DNA from: Hemiscyllium ocellatum
Taxonomy: Eukaryota
DNA length: 64,000 nucleotides
Reading direction: 5' to 3'
Assembly: GCF_020745735.1 (NCBI RefSeq)
Contig: NC_083411.1
Coordinates: forward strand, 95,218,328 to 95,282,327
Shown: positions 37,192-50,000 of the stretch, one piece after another
Layout: each line of letters begins with the position of its first letter
Position numbering within the stretch: position 1 is the first letter of the stretch
The notes under the pieces: generated by a model
Databases searched by the model: none
Told to the model about the DNA's origin: nothing
The model's input: only the letters and a program-made list of their open reading frames with translations
Position numbers and translations under genes: made by a program

Positions 37192-38599
37192 TTCCCTATA
37201 GGAACAGTTTCTTCCTATCTACGCTATCCCGCCCCACATAATTTTGAAAATCTTTATCCTATCTGCTCTTAGACTTGTCTCTAAGGAGAATAGTCATAAC
37301 TGAACGTATCATTCAAAACTGATATATCCACTTAACTGAAATTTCTTATAAATCCCTCTTACACCCTGTTCAATGCATTCATATCCTTCACATAGTGTGG
37401 CACCCAGAATTGTACACAATAATCCAGCTGAGAATTTTGCAGCTTCTACATTTTTTTGGATAGCTCTTTCCAATGTGCAGTCCCCTTTTGATTGTAATGT
37501 ATTAAAACGAGACCTATCAGAAATTCCAACAATCAGAATAATTAGCATTTTTGGCAATGTATAAAAGTTATTAATACAGTTTTTAACTGGTTCTCCAGCA
37601 ACTCATTTTCTTCTGTTAAATCTTGCTCTCTCTATTGTATAATTTATAATTGATTGAAGCAATTGCCAAATGCTCTTTTTTAATAAAATGTATCTGTCTC
37701 TTCTTTAGTATCAAATATATTTGTCTCGATTCATATTTTGATGTTTTAAAAAGCTCTGTAATTGGTATAACAGAGCAAAGAAATGTGTTTACTTGTTCTT
37801 CTCTGTGTTTCTTCTGTAATTCCGAAGCCATTCTATAACTCATGAAATATTTCTTTATATAGTCCCTTCAATTCTCCATCTTAAATTTGCTTGAAGGTGT
37901 AATGTCCTTTTCTGTTGTCATTATATTTAAGAGCTGTTGTTGCTCTTATTTAAATTATTTATTGAAAGCGTGTTCAGAATTTAAAAGAATTGTAAACACA
38001 ATTATTTTACTGTTCAGCGTTTTAAATCCTTATAAAAAAATCAATTGTTTTAAATATTAAGTTTTCTTCAGCAAATCTTACAAATTCTTTTAAATGTTGT
38101 AATTAATTTCTTAAATCACTGGATAATGAGGATGAATTGCTACTGAAGCTTTATTTTTAAAACTGTTGTTGTCTTTATGGAGGTTTTAAAGTTTGATTTT
38201 GTTTTTCTGAATTTTTCCTTAATTTTTACTACTTAAAATAGAAAAAAACTTATGTTTCAAAATTACCATCCTATTTCACTGTAAAGATGTTTTCAAATTA
38301 TATATCTTGGTGAAATGCTTTAATTTGGAGGAAAACTTCATTTTAAATGTATCTGTCATTTGAAATGGAGCAAATGCTCTTCAATTATATCCCTTCATTA
38401 TTTTCGTACCCTGTTTAGCGTTATGGAGTGCTAGCACCTTTGTTTTTGCTTTGACTAAGATCTATTTGCAGAATTTTATGTTGGATTTTTACTGGATTTT
38501 ATCACATTCATCTAAGTCCGAACACCAAAGGCCACGTCCATCATTGCTGCACCCTTGTTGCCATCAGGGCACCCAGTGTTAGACCAAAGAGGTTTATGA

Positions 38600-39290
38600 A
38601 TATAAGGACATTACACTCCATCAATGCTCAGCTGGTGTGCAATTACTATATAAATGTCCTGCATGTCAGTTCCTGCTTTACTGGAAATTCCATAATGCAT
38701 ATATTCACTGTGAGTGACCCCTTGCTCTGTTCTGCTATCCCACTCTCTGAGACTGTGATTGGACTCAAAGGGATATGTGCTACTCTCTGAAGTGATGGCT
38801 CTTCACTCGAACATGACAGACACCCAAAGGTGTTGCAATGACAATCATCTGGTCGACACTCAACAATATCTTCCTTGTGCAGTGCACTGGCTTGCTGAAG
38901 ATACATTTTCACTGTCACAGTTGGTGGATTTTCACCTCTGTTATTCAACTATCAGGGTATCCTGTGTGGCCATGGTCTGTTCGCACTTCAGAATATAATC
39001 TGACAAAAGGGTTTGACACTTGAAGAGGTGGACAGAGAGGAAAATGTAATTTCTGGGAGGAAAAAGGTAGGCCGGTCATAAAAGAGGGATGATGTGAAGA
39101 GGGAACTTTCTCCTGTATAGGGTGGCCCAGGTGAAAATGGATAATGGAGGTGGCCCAGGGCATCACACTGACGTTTTTCCTGGAAGTTATTTTTGTGAGA
39201 AGCCATCTGATCCACTAAAGATTCAGCTGATAAACTCAGAGAGCTACAACATTGACAAGTACAGCAAGCATGCTCTAGCACAGGAAAGAC
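38600..39290 (-). mobile_element. Possible Harbinger nuclease remnant
   Basis: Decayed similarity to the HARBI1 C-terminal region; composition like the other Harbinger blocks. Confidence 0.3.
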
Positions 39291-39310
39291 AACTATAACT
39301 CCAGTATATT

Positions 39311-39589
39311 TGATTAGATTCTCTACAGTATGGAAACAGGCCCTTTGGCCCAACAAGTCCACACCGCCCCTACCCTATATTTACCCCTGAATAACACTAT
39401 GCACAATTTAGCATGGCCAATTCACCTGACCTGCACATCTTTGGATTGTGGGAGGAAACGGGGAAACCTGGAGGAAACCCACGTCAACAGAGGGAGAATG
39501 TGCAAACTCCACACAGACAGGCTGGAATCAAATCCAGGACCCTGGTACTGTGAGGCAGCAGTGCTAACCACTGAGTCACCATGCCACCC
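39311..39589 (-). mobile_element. HE1-type V-SINE
   Basis: Head GGGTGGCATGGTGACTCAGTGGTTAGCAC, V-domain, CR1-like tail. Confidence 0.93.
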
Positions 39590-39711
39590 ATAAACAAACT
39601 TATCATCAAAGAAAGGGATAGCCTACTGCCTACAGTTTCCGTGGTTACTGGTGAGAAACTATTGTCTTCTTTGTGTTGCACATGTTTAGCACATGCTATA
39701 AACCTAACTCA

Positions 39712-39932
39712 GTTGAAAATGTGTTGCTGGTTAAAGCACAGCAGGTTAGGCAGCATCCAAGGAATAGGCAATTCGACGTTTCAGGCATAAGCCCCTTTCT
39801 GAGATGAAGGGCTTATGCCCGAAACGTCGAATTGCCTATTCCTTGGATGCTGCCTAACCTGCTGTGCTTTAACCAGCAACACATTTTCAACTGTGATCTC
39901 CAGCATCTGCAGACCTCATTTTTTACCCGAAG
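39712..39932. mobile_element. Very young fold-back Penelope-derived element with perfect 14-bp TSD
   Basis: ~85-bp arms (39710-39794 and 39809-39893) with one mismatch. GATGAAGGGCTTATGCCCGAAACGTCG at the turn. TSD ATAAACCTAACTCA at 39698-39711 and 39933-39946. Confidence 0.92.
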
Positions 39933-40999
39933 ATAAACCTAACTCATCCCATTATAGTAAAAAGTGATTTTTTAAACTTAATTATTGCATGCAACATCTA
40001 CAGTACACCACAATACCTCACATAATGATCTATCTAATGTAATACCCCATGTCATTCTCCTCACCTTACATCAGAGAAGCCTTCTGACGTATGTCGTGCC
40101 TCTGATTTCAAAGCTGTGAAGTCCATGGTGGCCAACTGTATCTTGGACAGAAATGCTTCATTTGAAGGTTCTGTCTGAATTCAGTCAGGGCAGGCAGCTA
40201 GATGTGGGCATTTTGATACTATACTATGAGCTTTAAACACACCCACTGCACCCAATTCATGGCCAAGAACAGAGGCCTTATCCAGTCAAGGATGGAAAAT
40301 GGATTCTGATGCTGAAGGACCAATTGGAGGCTCTCCAGCATTCAGTGGTGAGTGCTGTTAATGGCTGAGCTCGGAGCTGCCAACTTGAGCACGGAGATTG
40401 TGAGGAAGAAGGCAGGTCTTTATACCTTTTCGCATTAATAGCCCCAGCTATCTGGCCATAACACTAAAAGAGGCAACCTTTCCAGGGGATGGCCCAGCAG
40501 CTATCAGTCATTCATTGGAGAGGGGTTCATTGCATGACCTTTCACATACTTTCCCCCACACATCATCACAGTCCTGAACTCACAATGTTGGCTTTGAAAT
40601 ACTGGTGCGTTTTTAAAAGTCACCAGTTCCAGTAAGTGAATAGAAAATCCCAGGAGAAGGAGAACTGCACTTTGGGCTTGCTTTACAGAAGCTTTCAAAG
40701 ATTAAATCTGGACATGTTGTAAATTGTGTGGCTTAGCAAATCATCAGTTTTCTATAGGGCGGCTTAAGTTAAAATTCCTCTGTGCCTTGTGGTGTAGCAT
40801 GTGGGGTGTGAAATTTGGAAGATGTATAACAGATGACGAAAAGGACTGAAAACGTACATTGATTTTAAATGACATAGCTTCCCCTGGAGCCCAAAATGCC
40901 TTTAGGTTCAACGTTCGAAGTTTATCTTCATTAATGACCTGGAGAAGATGCCAGCATTATGTAAATTTCATCTGCTGTTATCAAATCATCTGACAGTCA

Positions 41000-42250
41000 T
41001 GGGGCTGAATCTGAAGATTTTTGACTTTCAATGTATTCCACCAAACTCACATCATTAATTACCTACCCTGTCCCTATGGTGATCGTTATGGCTCCATCTT
41101 ACCACATGCTGTTCATGGAACAACTTGTCTTAGCAAATACCCACCAAAGACTGGAATTCCTTATGCCCGTGTCTTCTTTAAGAGGCCACTGTGCACCCAG
41201 AAGAGCACTGTCCTTCAAAAGCAACCTGGCTCACTGATGGACAGAACCAGAATTTGGTGGGGCAGCAGGTGATAGCACTGGATTTCTCTGATAGAGGCCT
41301 GTTGGTCCCACTGTTTGGGGAAATATAAAGGGGCGGAGTTTATCCCTGGAGGACAGACAAGTGAGACCCATGGCTTGGTCTTGTTCTCTAAGGACTAGAA
41401 TTCTCTCCTCATGTGGGGTGTGGAGACTAATGTCTGGCACCCCTCCAACCATACAGGCTCTCTCTGCCCTGCGAAGGACTGTCTTCTCCTGAAATGGGAT
41501 AAAAGGATGAATTGTCTGAGAAGAAAGTGGGTGGCATGGCTATTAGTGCTGGTGCAGGAGGTCAAAAGCTGGTAAGATGCCCTGGGTGAGACAGAAGGCA
41601 TGCAAGGATCATTGGTGTGAGAGATCTTTTTGCGGGGGGAGAAGGTGCTGTATGAAAATGATGAAGAGATGACGTTGGAGGCAATAGAGAGAGTGGCAGA
41701 GTGTGAGCCTTTTTGGGAGGTGTGTGCAGTAACAGCGATAGTGTGATGGCAAAGAGAAATGTGTGATATCCTGTGGCATCGGAGAAGGTCATTGACCTTC
41801 TGCCCCTGCTGCTGGCTGTTCCGCCTGACTCAGGTGGTGACCTCAGGCCAGGCTGCCAAAACATCAGCATTCAGGATCTGCTATCATGGCCTCTCCTACT
41901 GGAGCTCTGGGAAAAAGATGCCCCTCCTCTGCATCAGCCTATCTGTCAGGACATCATGCTCTCTGTCAAAGAGTCACTGTGCCACCTTCCCATTCTTTTA
42001 AAACTTGTAGGAACACCCTGAACCAAGCAAGGCAGCTTCAAAATGCCACGTATGAGTGGGCGTAAAGCAGACTTTTAAAGATGGCATGACTGTCAGGGAT
42101 GCGAACCTTTTGGCAAACATCAATTGAGTGGTGTGTGGTAAGATGTGTTGGAATCAGACATGAAAGGTAATTTGGTACAATACAATGAGAGAACTTGTTA
42201 GGCTTCTTGCAAAAAACCCTCTAGTAATCTGTCATCTGACACACGAAGAT
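41000..42250 (-). mobile_element. PIF/Harbinger remnant (Myb/SANT-like ORF)
   Basis: Minus translation AAWPEVTT..QQGQKVNDLL at ~41780-41860. TIR-like GGGGCTGAAT at ~41001. Confidence 0.6.
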
Positions 42251-42297
42251 TTCTTCTCTTGGGATTTAGAACCTGCCAATCAATTATAAAGTCTGAA

Positions 42298-42690
42298 ATG
42301 AATTGAATGATTTATTGTCACTTGTATTAATAAATAAATACTGTGAAAAACGTAATATGTTGCCATGCTCCAGCGCCATTTTGAGTTAAAGAAGATATTA
42401 AGATATAACTAGAATAAAACTAAAAGCAGAGTTCTTCCTCCCTTCTTTTGCTCAATATTGGAGTGGGGAAGGGGGGTGGGGTGGGGGTGGGGATCTTTAC
42501 AATGGGCTCTGGCCCCATCAATGCCCCTGCTTCATAGTCCATTCCAGGACCCCCGCTCTGGGTCCACCATTGTTGTTACTGCATTCCAGGAATACCACAC
42601 CAGTCCTACCACGCCACTGTTGTCACAAACGCTGCTTCCGTTGATCTGCCAGCAGTACCAATTCAGGCCTATCACATCGCTACATCTGAG
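42298..42690 (-). mobile_element. Short non-LTR element with a (TTCAA)n-type tail (Rex1/Babar- or L2-like derivative)
   Basis: TGAATTGAATGATTTATTGTCAC..ACTGTGAAAA tail joined to a GC-rich 5' part. Confidence 0.4.
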
Positions 42691-44428
42691 CAGTTAGATT
42701 AAAATTTTCTCTCTTATTACTCAAATGAATGATCAAATCAATTGTTATTTTCCTACCAGCATATTATTTCTGTATAGCTATCATTGGGACAATGGGTAAC
42801 CAAACAAGATAAACGGGTTGAGCTGTAAAAGGCTCTGTCATATGAATATCAGCTTTGTTGTCAGGAGGGAATTTTGTGTATGGATAATCACAAATCATCC
42901 CCAGCATCGTGCAAAGGAGGCTTCAGACACACACAAGGAGGCATTAAGCGTAACCCATTTTCTATTGGTGATAAAATTTGCAAATGCTGGAGAAATGCCG
43001 AAGTTCTGAAGTACTCTTTGAAGCAGAGAGTGGTCTTTATGCAAGATATGTGCTGGTGATAGTTGTGGATAGTTGAAAATATGTTGGTTTTAGTAGGAAA
43101 ACCCAGGTAAGCAAGATGTGGTGGTAGGTGTGGACTAGGGGTGCACATCCCCAAGTTCCACTTGTGTCCTGTTGTGCATCAAGATAACTCCTTCACCACC
43201 ATCATCACTCCTTTTATCTTTAGCTTTTGGTACCCTCACCATCTAATCCACACTAAAACAACTTCCAAATAGTATTCTTCATGTAGTGCATCTTTCAATG
43301 CAGCATGCATGTTGCATAGCTCTTGTAATAACACTGTAGATAATTGATTAAAGTATTTAATGTGATTTCTAGGAACTGTAAAATCTTAATTTGTTTTATC
43401 AGAATGTCAAGGTGAAGCATTTCCAATTTCACTTGAGTAAAGGCACAGTTAATGCCACTTTATATCCCTTTAGAATAAAAAGCAATCATTTGCAAAGATT
43501 TCATTCTTTAGTATGTCTTACAAACCTTTGACTTTTTTTAAATGGTGTTCAATGAATCTTGCATTTCAATTGATATGTTTGATAATTATGTCTTCCTATG
43601 CCTCAACTAACATTTGTGTCTCGGTCAATCCAAACAATGAAGCTACTATAGATTTATATAATGGCAATTTTTTTCCACTAACGTTAATATTTTGCATTCT
43701 ACTTTAGAGTCTCATGGGAAGAAATTTTGAATGTAATTATCATCACTTAAGCTTTGATTTTAGGGAGGAATCATTGACATTTCAGTAGTCCTTGCATTGT
43801 ACCAGATCATATATGCAAAGTATATCATTTGCTCATAATTAGTTTTCTAGTCTCTTGCTTTGGCAAGTTAATTATTTTCTTTTGTAATACACACTTGAGA
43901 TTCTGTATAATTTTGTATGCAAATCACATCTATATTTTTGTCTTCTTACTTCTGCCAGTTCTTCTGAAGGCAGTGCCTCACACTGGGATATGTGGTTTCA
44001 CAGACATTGACAGCTTTCCAGCCTTTTAATGAAATGGTCATTCCTCAAAAATGACCATGTCTTTTAGCAGACCATTCAACCACAGAGAGCACTACTGGTG
44101 ATTTTCATCATGCTCTGCTAATGTGTACAGACATGCATTTTCCAGCAGAGATCATTGATTATCAGAGAACACTAACTAATCCTTTCACTTTCAAACTCAG
44201 GAGGTTATAAAATCAATTGTCACTGAGATTAGTTCATTTAGCATAGATGAGATATGAGAGGTGGCATTTTCTGGCACTAATTATTGTACTGCACCAGGGT
44301 GTGATCATATATATCTAGTTAAAGGTCCAGCAAAATTAGACCAGAAGCTTAAATGAAACATATTTCTGACCATTCAAGGAAAGTGCTGACTTGAAGGAAC
44401 AAATCCTTGCTCTTCCTATCTTATGGGA

Positions 44429-44555
44429 GCACTTGATGAAGGAGCAGTGCACCAAAAGCTCGTGATTCCAAATAAACCTATTGGACCATAACCTGGTGTT
44501 GTGCGATTTTTAACTTTGTACAGCCCAGTCCAACACCAGCATCTCCAAATCATGA
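44429..44555 (+). mobile_element. Penelope-like pLTR insertion with 9-bp TSD
   Basis: TTGATGAAGGAGCAGTGCACCAAAAG core. TSD CTTATGGGA at 44420-44428 and 44556-44564. Confidence 0.8.
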
Positions 44556-44609
44556 CTTATGGGACACATCCAGGCAAAATTCTGTTGATAGCAGAAAATG
44601 CAGGGTTTT

Positions 44610-45910
44610 CTATGTTCATTCACAGTATGCTATAGTTACTGATAACAAAGATTTGTTGGCCATCTCTAATTGCTTTGACAGTTCAGTGACAAACTCCTTA
44701 ATTTGCTGTAGTCCACGTCATGCACAGTGGTGCTAGGAAGGGATTCCCCAGGCTGTTTTCTTTAGTGAACAAAAGTCAATACATTTCCAAATGTGAATAG
44801 TGAATAACTCGGATAGAAAATTATGCTGTTCTTCTGTGTCTGCTCTTGTTCATCAAGTTGATAGCGGTTTGGATTTGGCTGATGCTGCAAAACAGCCCTT
44901 GGCAAGTTCTGTCTTTTAATAGTCTTTCACAAAATGTATGTACTACTGGCTAAGCCAATATTTATTGAAGATCCATAATTGCCATTTGGGATGAAGCTCC
45001 TATTTGAACTACTGGAGTCCATGTGGTGTCGATACATCTACAGTGTTGTTAGGTAAGAAGTTTTGGATCTTGAACCAGCTGTCGTGGAAGAACAACAATA
45101 TAGTCCCAAATCAGGATGATGTATAGTTTGGGTTATAAAGTTATAGAGTCTGTCACTTTCAGTGGCAGTTCATTCCACACACAAACCACCCTCTGTGTAA
45201 AAAAGTTGCCCCTCTGTTCCTTTTAAATCTTCCTTGTCTCACCTTAAAAATATGACCCTAGTTTTGAACTCCCCTACCATTCATCTTATCTATGACCCTC
45301 ATGATTTTATAAACCCTCAACTCTCAACTCCTACACTCCAGTGAAAAATGTCCCAGTCTCTCCAGTCTGTTTTTATATCTGAAATCTTCAATTCCCAGCA
45401 ACATTTTTGACTTGAAATGCCATTCATTTGCTGCCTTGTCTTTCAGATGATAAAGTTGTAAGTTCGTAAGGCCCTTTAGATTACTTACAGTGTGGAAACA
45501 GGCCCTTCGGCCCAACAAGTCCACACCGACCCGCCGAAGCGCAACCCACCCATACCCCGACATATACCCCTTACCTAACACTACGGGCAATTTAGCATGG
45601 CCAATTCACCTGACCCGCACATCTTTGGATTCTGGGAGGAAACCGGAGCACCCGGAGGAAACCCACGCAGACACGGGGAGAACGTGCAAACTCCACACAG
45701 TCAGTTGCCTGAGGCGGGAATTGAACCCAGGTCCCTGGCGCTGTGCGGCAGCAGTGCTAACCACTGTGCCACCGTGCCACCCAATTATCACAGTGAACTT
45801 TGTAGATTATACACGGAAATGTCACTATGTGTTAGTGATGGAGGGAATGAGAGATGATGTCCAATGGGGTATCAGTGAGCAGGTTGCTTTGCACTGATTG
45901 GGCCTATTGT
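44610..45910 (-). mobile_element. Two old CR1/L2-group LINE 3' fragments, interrupted by a CR1 piece (45135-45405) and an HE1 SINE
   Basis: Similar to 55305-55750. The CR1 piece contains TTCCACACACAAACCACCCTCTGTG. Confidence 0.6.
45475..45782 (-). mobile_element. Very young HE1-type V-SINE
   Basis: Full head, V-domain and tail with many CpGs intact. Confidence 0.96.
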
Positions 45911-46324
45911 ACTAAGGTATTTAGGACTTGAAAATATTAACTTTCATCAGGGAAAGGCTTTTGTAAAGGATGATATATTTTTCCCTTGTGACAGCAGCTT
46001 GTTACAGATCTCTATGTGCAGAAACATCCCTCCGTTTCTTTTTTCATTGTGAGTCACAAGACAGAAAATCCAAGGAACTTAAATGAAGGAATTTTCTGTT
46101 AAGTCTTGATAAAAGTCTGGGGTCTCATTAGGTATCCTTTATATGTAGAAAATATAAGATTGTTTGTGGGATAAGTATATTGAAGGATTGAAGGACAGTG
46201 CGGGAGATTGTGTGGGACCATTATCAAAAATCAAAATCAAATATACTTACAGCATGAATGTGAGAGCCTAAATTTTTGAAGCTACTTTTTAAAGAATGAT
46301 TATAGATTCTGGAATTGTGGAAAA

Positions 46325-46555
46325 AAATAGTCTTTTACACAAAGGATGACGTGTGTATGGAATGAGCTGCCAGTGGTGGAGGCTGGTACAATTAAAACAT
46401 TTAAAAGGAATCTGAATAGGTAAATAAATAGGTAGGGTTTCGAGGGATAGGGACCAAGTGCTGGCAGATGGGACTAGTTTATTTTTGGATATCTGGTCAG
46501 CATGGACAAGTTGGGCAGAAGGGTCTGTTTCTGTGCTGTGTACCTCTATGACTGT
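46325..46555 (+). mobile_element. CR1 3' end fragment
   Basis: TGGAATGAGCTGCC..GGGTCTGTTTCTGTGCTGTGTACCTCTATGACT. Confidence 0.9.
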
Positions 46556-46689
46556 AAGAGCATCACAATATCACAGACCTGTTTATCTTTCTCCATAAAA
46601 GATGCTGCCCAACACATTCAAATTTGAACATTTTCTGTTTTATTTCAGCATTCTAGAATCTGCAATATTTTAATATAAAAATATAATTA

Positions 46690-47072
46690 TTCCAAAATAG
46701 AACCTGACTCAAGACTGGGATAGAGACAGACTCAAACCTTACATCTTTAATGCATTGTCTGAGCAGAGATGTCACCCTTTTTTTATACATAAAACCGTAA
46801 GTTTTCTTGAGAATATGACTTAAAAGAAGTTCTGGGATTTACATATTAACAAACCGAGAACTGCAACCCATTCTAAAAGACAAAAGATTAACTGCAATCT
46901 TGGTTTGTTCAATCTTTTGTTTCAGTTGCTTGACACTGTAAACTTTTGCTATAAATTCTGTGTCTTATGATCTTGCTCCACAGCTACCTGATGAAGGAGC
47001 CGTGCTCCAAAAGTTAATACTTTCAAATAAACTTGTTGGACTATAACCTGGCGTTGTGTGATTTTTAATTTT
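46690..47072 (+). mobile_element. Longer Penelope-like pLTR fragment
   Basis: Ends in CCTGATGAAGGAGCCGTGCTCCAAAAG..AAATAAACTTGTTGGACTATAACCTGG, as at 5885 and 44430. Confidence 0.75.
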
Positions 47073-47074
47073 AG

Positions 47075-50000
47075 CTAAGTTGTGACATTCTACCTATGAG
47101 GAAACAAAGGATTGTTACTGAGAGGATCTAATCAGGACTGAGAGTACTGTGCTTCTGACTAATACTATCTAAGAATATTTCAGTAGCTATAATATGTATT
47201 TATTAATATGAGCCTGAGGTCTCACAAGAGGAAATCATATGTAATAAACATCTTTACCGTGAATAAATATTAAGCCATATACCTACCTTTGGCATTATGT
47301 GAGCATCTTTCCCCACATTGTATCATTAAACTACTGATATTAGACTATTGTCAATAAGAAAGATTGGTGGTGGTGACCCTATCTAAGACATCCCAGATGG
47401 TTTAGGTGGATAACCACAACAGTGACTGCAGCATCATGTTTTATCTTCAAATTAATGAAAAGTTATGCAGATTCTGACAGGACAAGACTGGTCTGAAGAT
47501 AGCTTAAATTCTCCAAAAGCCACAGGCACCCAAGGAGAAAGAAAGAAGAAAAGAATTTAAGTCAGAAAAGAACTGCGTGTCTTTAAATATTCAGCAACTT
47601 AAAAGTGTGCATAGCCTATGATAGAAATACCCAGAAGTACAAAGGCTGCAGAAGCCATGACAGCATTAACACAGTCTACAAAAGCTCAAAGCTTGAATCA
47701 GAGAAAAATATTCGATAAGCTTATGAAGATCAGAGACAAACTAAAGTACGAAGGAGAAAAGTCTGAATCACAATGCTGAAGCACAGTTGTCATTATCCGT
47801 TGTGAATTAAAACTCTGAGAGGAAGGGAGGAAAAAAGCATTTACAAGAAAAATTTTAGGTTGAGATGCTAAAATATTGGGGAAAGCTATGAGAAAAATGT
47901 CCATAACAAAAAGGCACTCATTAAGAAAACTGACAAGCAAACAGCAGTACTATTTGATTAATAAGCATAAATTGAAATCCAAAGAGTTTTGAATTTTTTT
48001 AAGGGACCATTATTCAATTATAAATAAGTCTTCAATAAATGTTGTCAGCATAGCTCCATTTATTTTCAATGTAAAATGCTGCAAAAAGGCTTGGAGAAGG
48101 AGAGGGGATGTGAATCCTCCATTGTGTTCAAAAAGGGCTTGATAATTATGGAGAAATGTGATGAAAAATAAAGGGGTTTCTTCCATTGTGCACAGAAGAT
48201 TAAAATGCACATTTCCTAATCTTAAAGTGTTTGAACAATATTTAAGTGAATGGAAATAATATTTACAGAAAAAAGAGAATAATTGTGAAGCATCTAGAAG
48301 CTTTCAAGTTCAATTGACAGAAATTAAAAAAAGATTCTCAATAGGAAGATAAGATAGAAGTAAAAAAACCATCATGAAAGCAATAAAGGTTTGAAATGGC
48401 ATTTTTTTTAGTAATTAATTTTTATAGTAATTATAGAAAACAATCACAATCTTTAGAAAACTTGCTGAAGTGGTTTCAACATTCAATATAATTGAAGTGA
48501 TTGTACAATTTAAGTCACTAAACAGTAAAATCAGTGACATCTACATAAGATTAAAATATTTCTTGCAATTGTTTTCAAATAAGCAATTTAAATAAGATAA
48601 AGAACAACAGCTAAATATAATGACAACAGAGAAAATTATTATACCTCCATGCAGATTCTAAAACACAAATCATTTAGAGAAGGAATTCAACTGCATTATG
48701 TGGAAGTGACAGTTCATGTAATTTACAATTGCTTTAGAATTACAGAATGAGCCAGAGTTAGATAAGTCAATGCATTTTTTATTCTACCCGTCCGGGCGCA
48801 GATCATATTTTAAAATGACAAAATGCAAGAGCAGAGTCAGATACCTTTGATATTATTGTAAGAGCATTTGCCAATTACTTTACATTGGACTGTAGAAGAG
48901 AAAGAGCAATATTTAACAAAGAGTACAATTTCCTAAATAGAACATTGGCAACTTTGTTAATGGTCTAATTGACAGTATTTTGTGATTTAAGTGATTCACA
49001 ATTAAATTTAATTTGAGACAAAGTTGTCCGCAGAATTTATGATACAACTATTTCAATCAAATCAAAAGGAGATTTTATATTGGATACAGCAATCCAGATT
49101 GGGGAAGACGTTAGATTAAAAAGAAAGTACAAAAGAATGATAGGAACTAAACCCAACTTGCTCAAGGAGCTTTCCAGATTTCAACTTTCCAAAGTATAAA
49201 GCACGAAAATATCACAGTCTGGACCAAAATACAAAATACTTTTCAATCCTTTAATGATAGCAGTTACTGTTCCAGATGTAATGTTTAGCAAAAAAGCCAA
49301 ACAGAAAATGTCCAGTTTTATCAAATCCATATGACTTTTGTAAGGAAGTGAGACACTTCCAGAGAAGGTATGTGTGTCAAAATAACTATTGCATCTCAGA
49401 ATTAATCATACTCATATTCAAAAAGACATTAAGACTTCACAACAAGCATGATTAGAAGAAAACCCAGAATACTAAGACACATATTCACTAGAACATGGGT
49501 TATGTTGACTCATTGAACCAAATTTGTCAGCAATCATACAAGTTAAAGTTCACCCAACTAATTTCAAACTTGATGCCTATGTGAGTGTTATTGTCATGGC
49601 GAAGAAACTCTTTGTCAAAGTGAATCAAATTATAACCACCTAAGTGTTGAGATTAATTTAAAAATACAGAGACCAATACAACATGGAAAAGGCCTGCATC
49701 ACCCGAAATCAATAATGAGAAGTCAAACAATTCTGAGCAGCAAGTCACGCTTCACTTTTAAAATCCTATTGTTCATTGAAGATCTGAAACCAGCTCAGAA
49801 TTCAAATGCCAGTGATAAATGTAAGGTTACTCAACAACAGAATGACTTCATAGTTCTTAGATGATTGTTTGCTGATCCAAGAAAAATATACGACTTGAGA
49901 TTAATTACTTTTACATCTAACAACTCGTAACAATTGAAAGGTTAGAAAATACCACTCGCTGCACAGAATTAGAGCACTAATTTGTCTTCCAACCACAAAT

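Larger units (their letters stand above)
32739..37432 (-). mobile_element. Old CR1 3' fragment (pieces 32739-33054 and 37196-37432)
   Basis: Tail ACAATACAGAAGGAGGC, then collinear continuation after the young CR1 (GTGGCACCCAGAATTGTACACAATA, i.e. YCVQFW.P). Confidence 0.75.
32150..38570 (-). mobile_element. Decayed Gypsy LTR retrotransposon (gag), split by nested insertions at 32739-37432
   Basis: gag ATG at ~37921 (MTTEK..). IVGISD..LQSKGDCTLERAIQ at ~37450-37540. CCHC knuckle CNFCKEVSHFQKIC at ~32525-32570. PBS-like TGGCAACAAGG at ~38553-38563. Confidence 0.75.
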
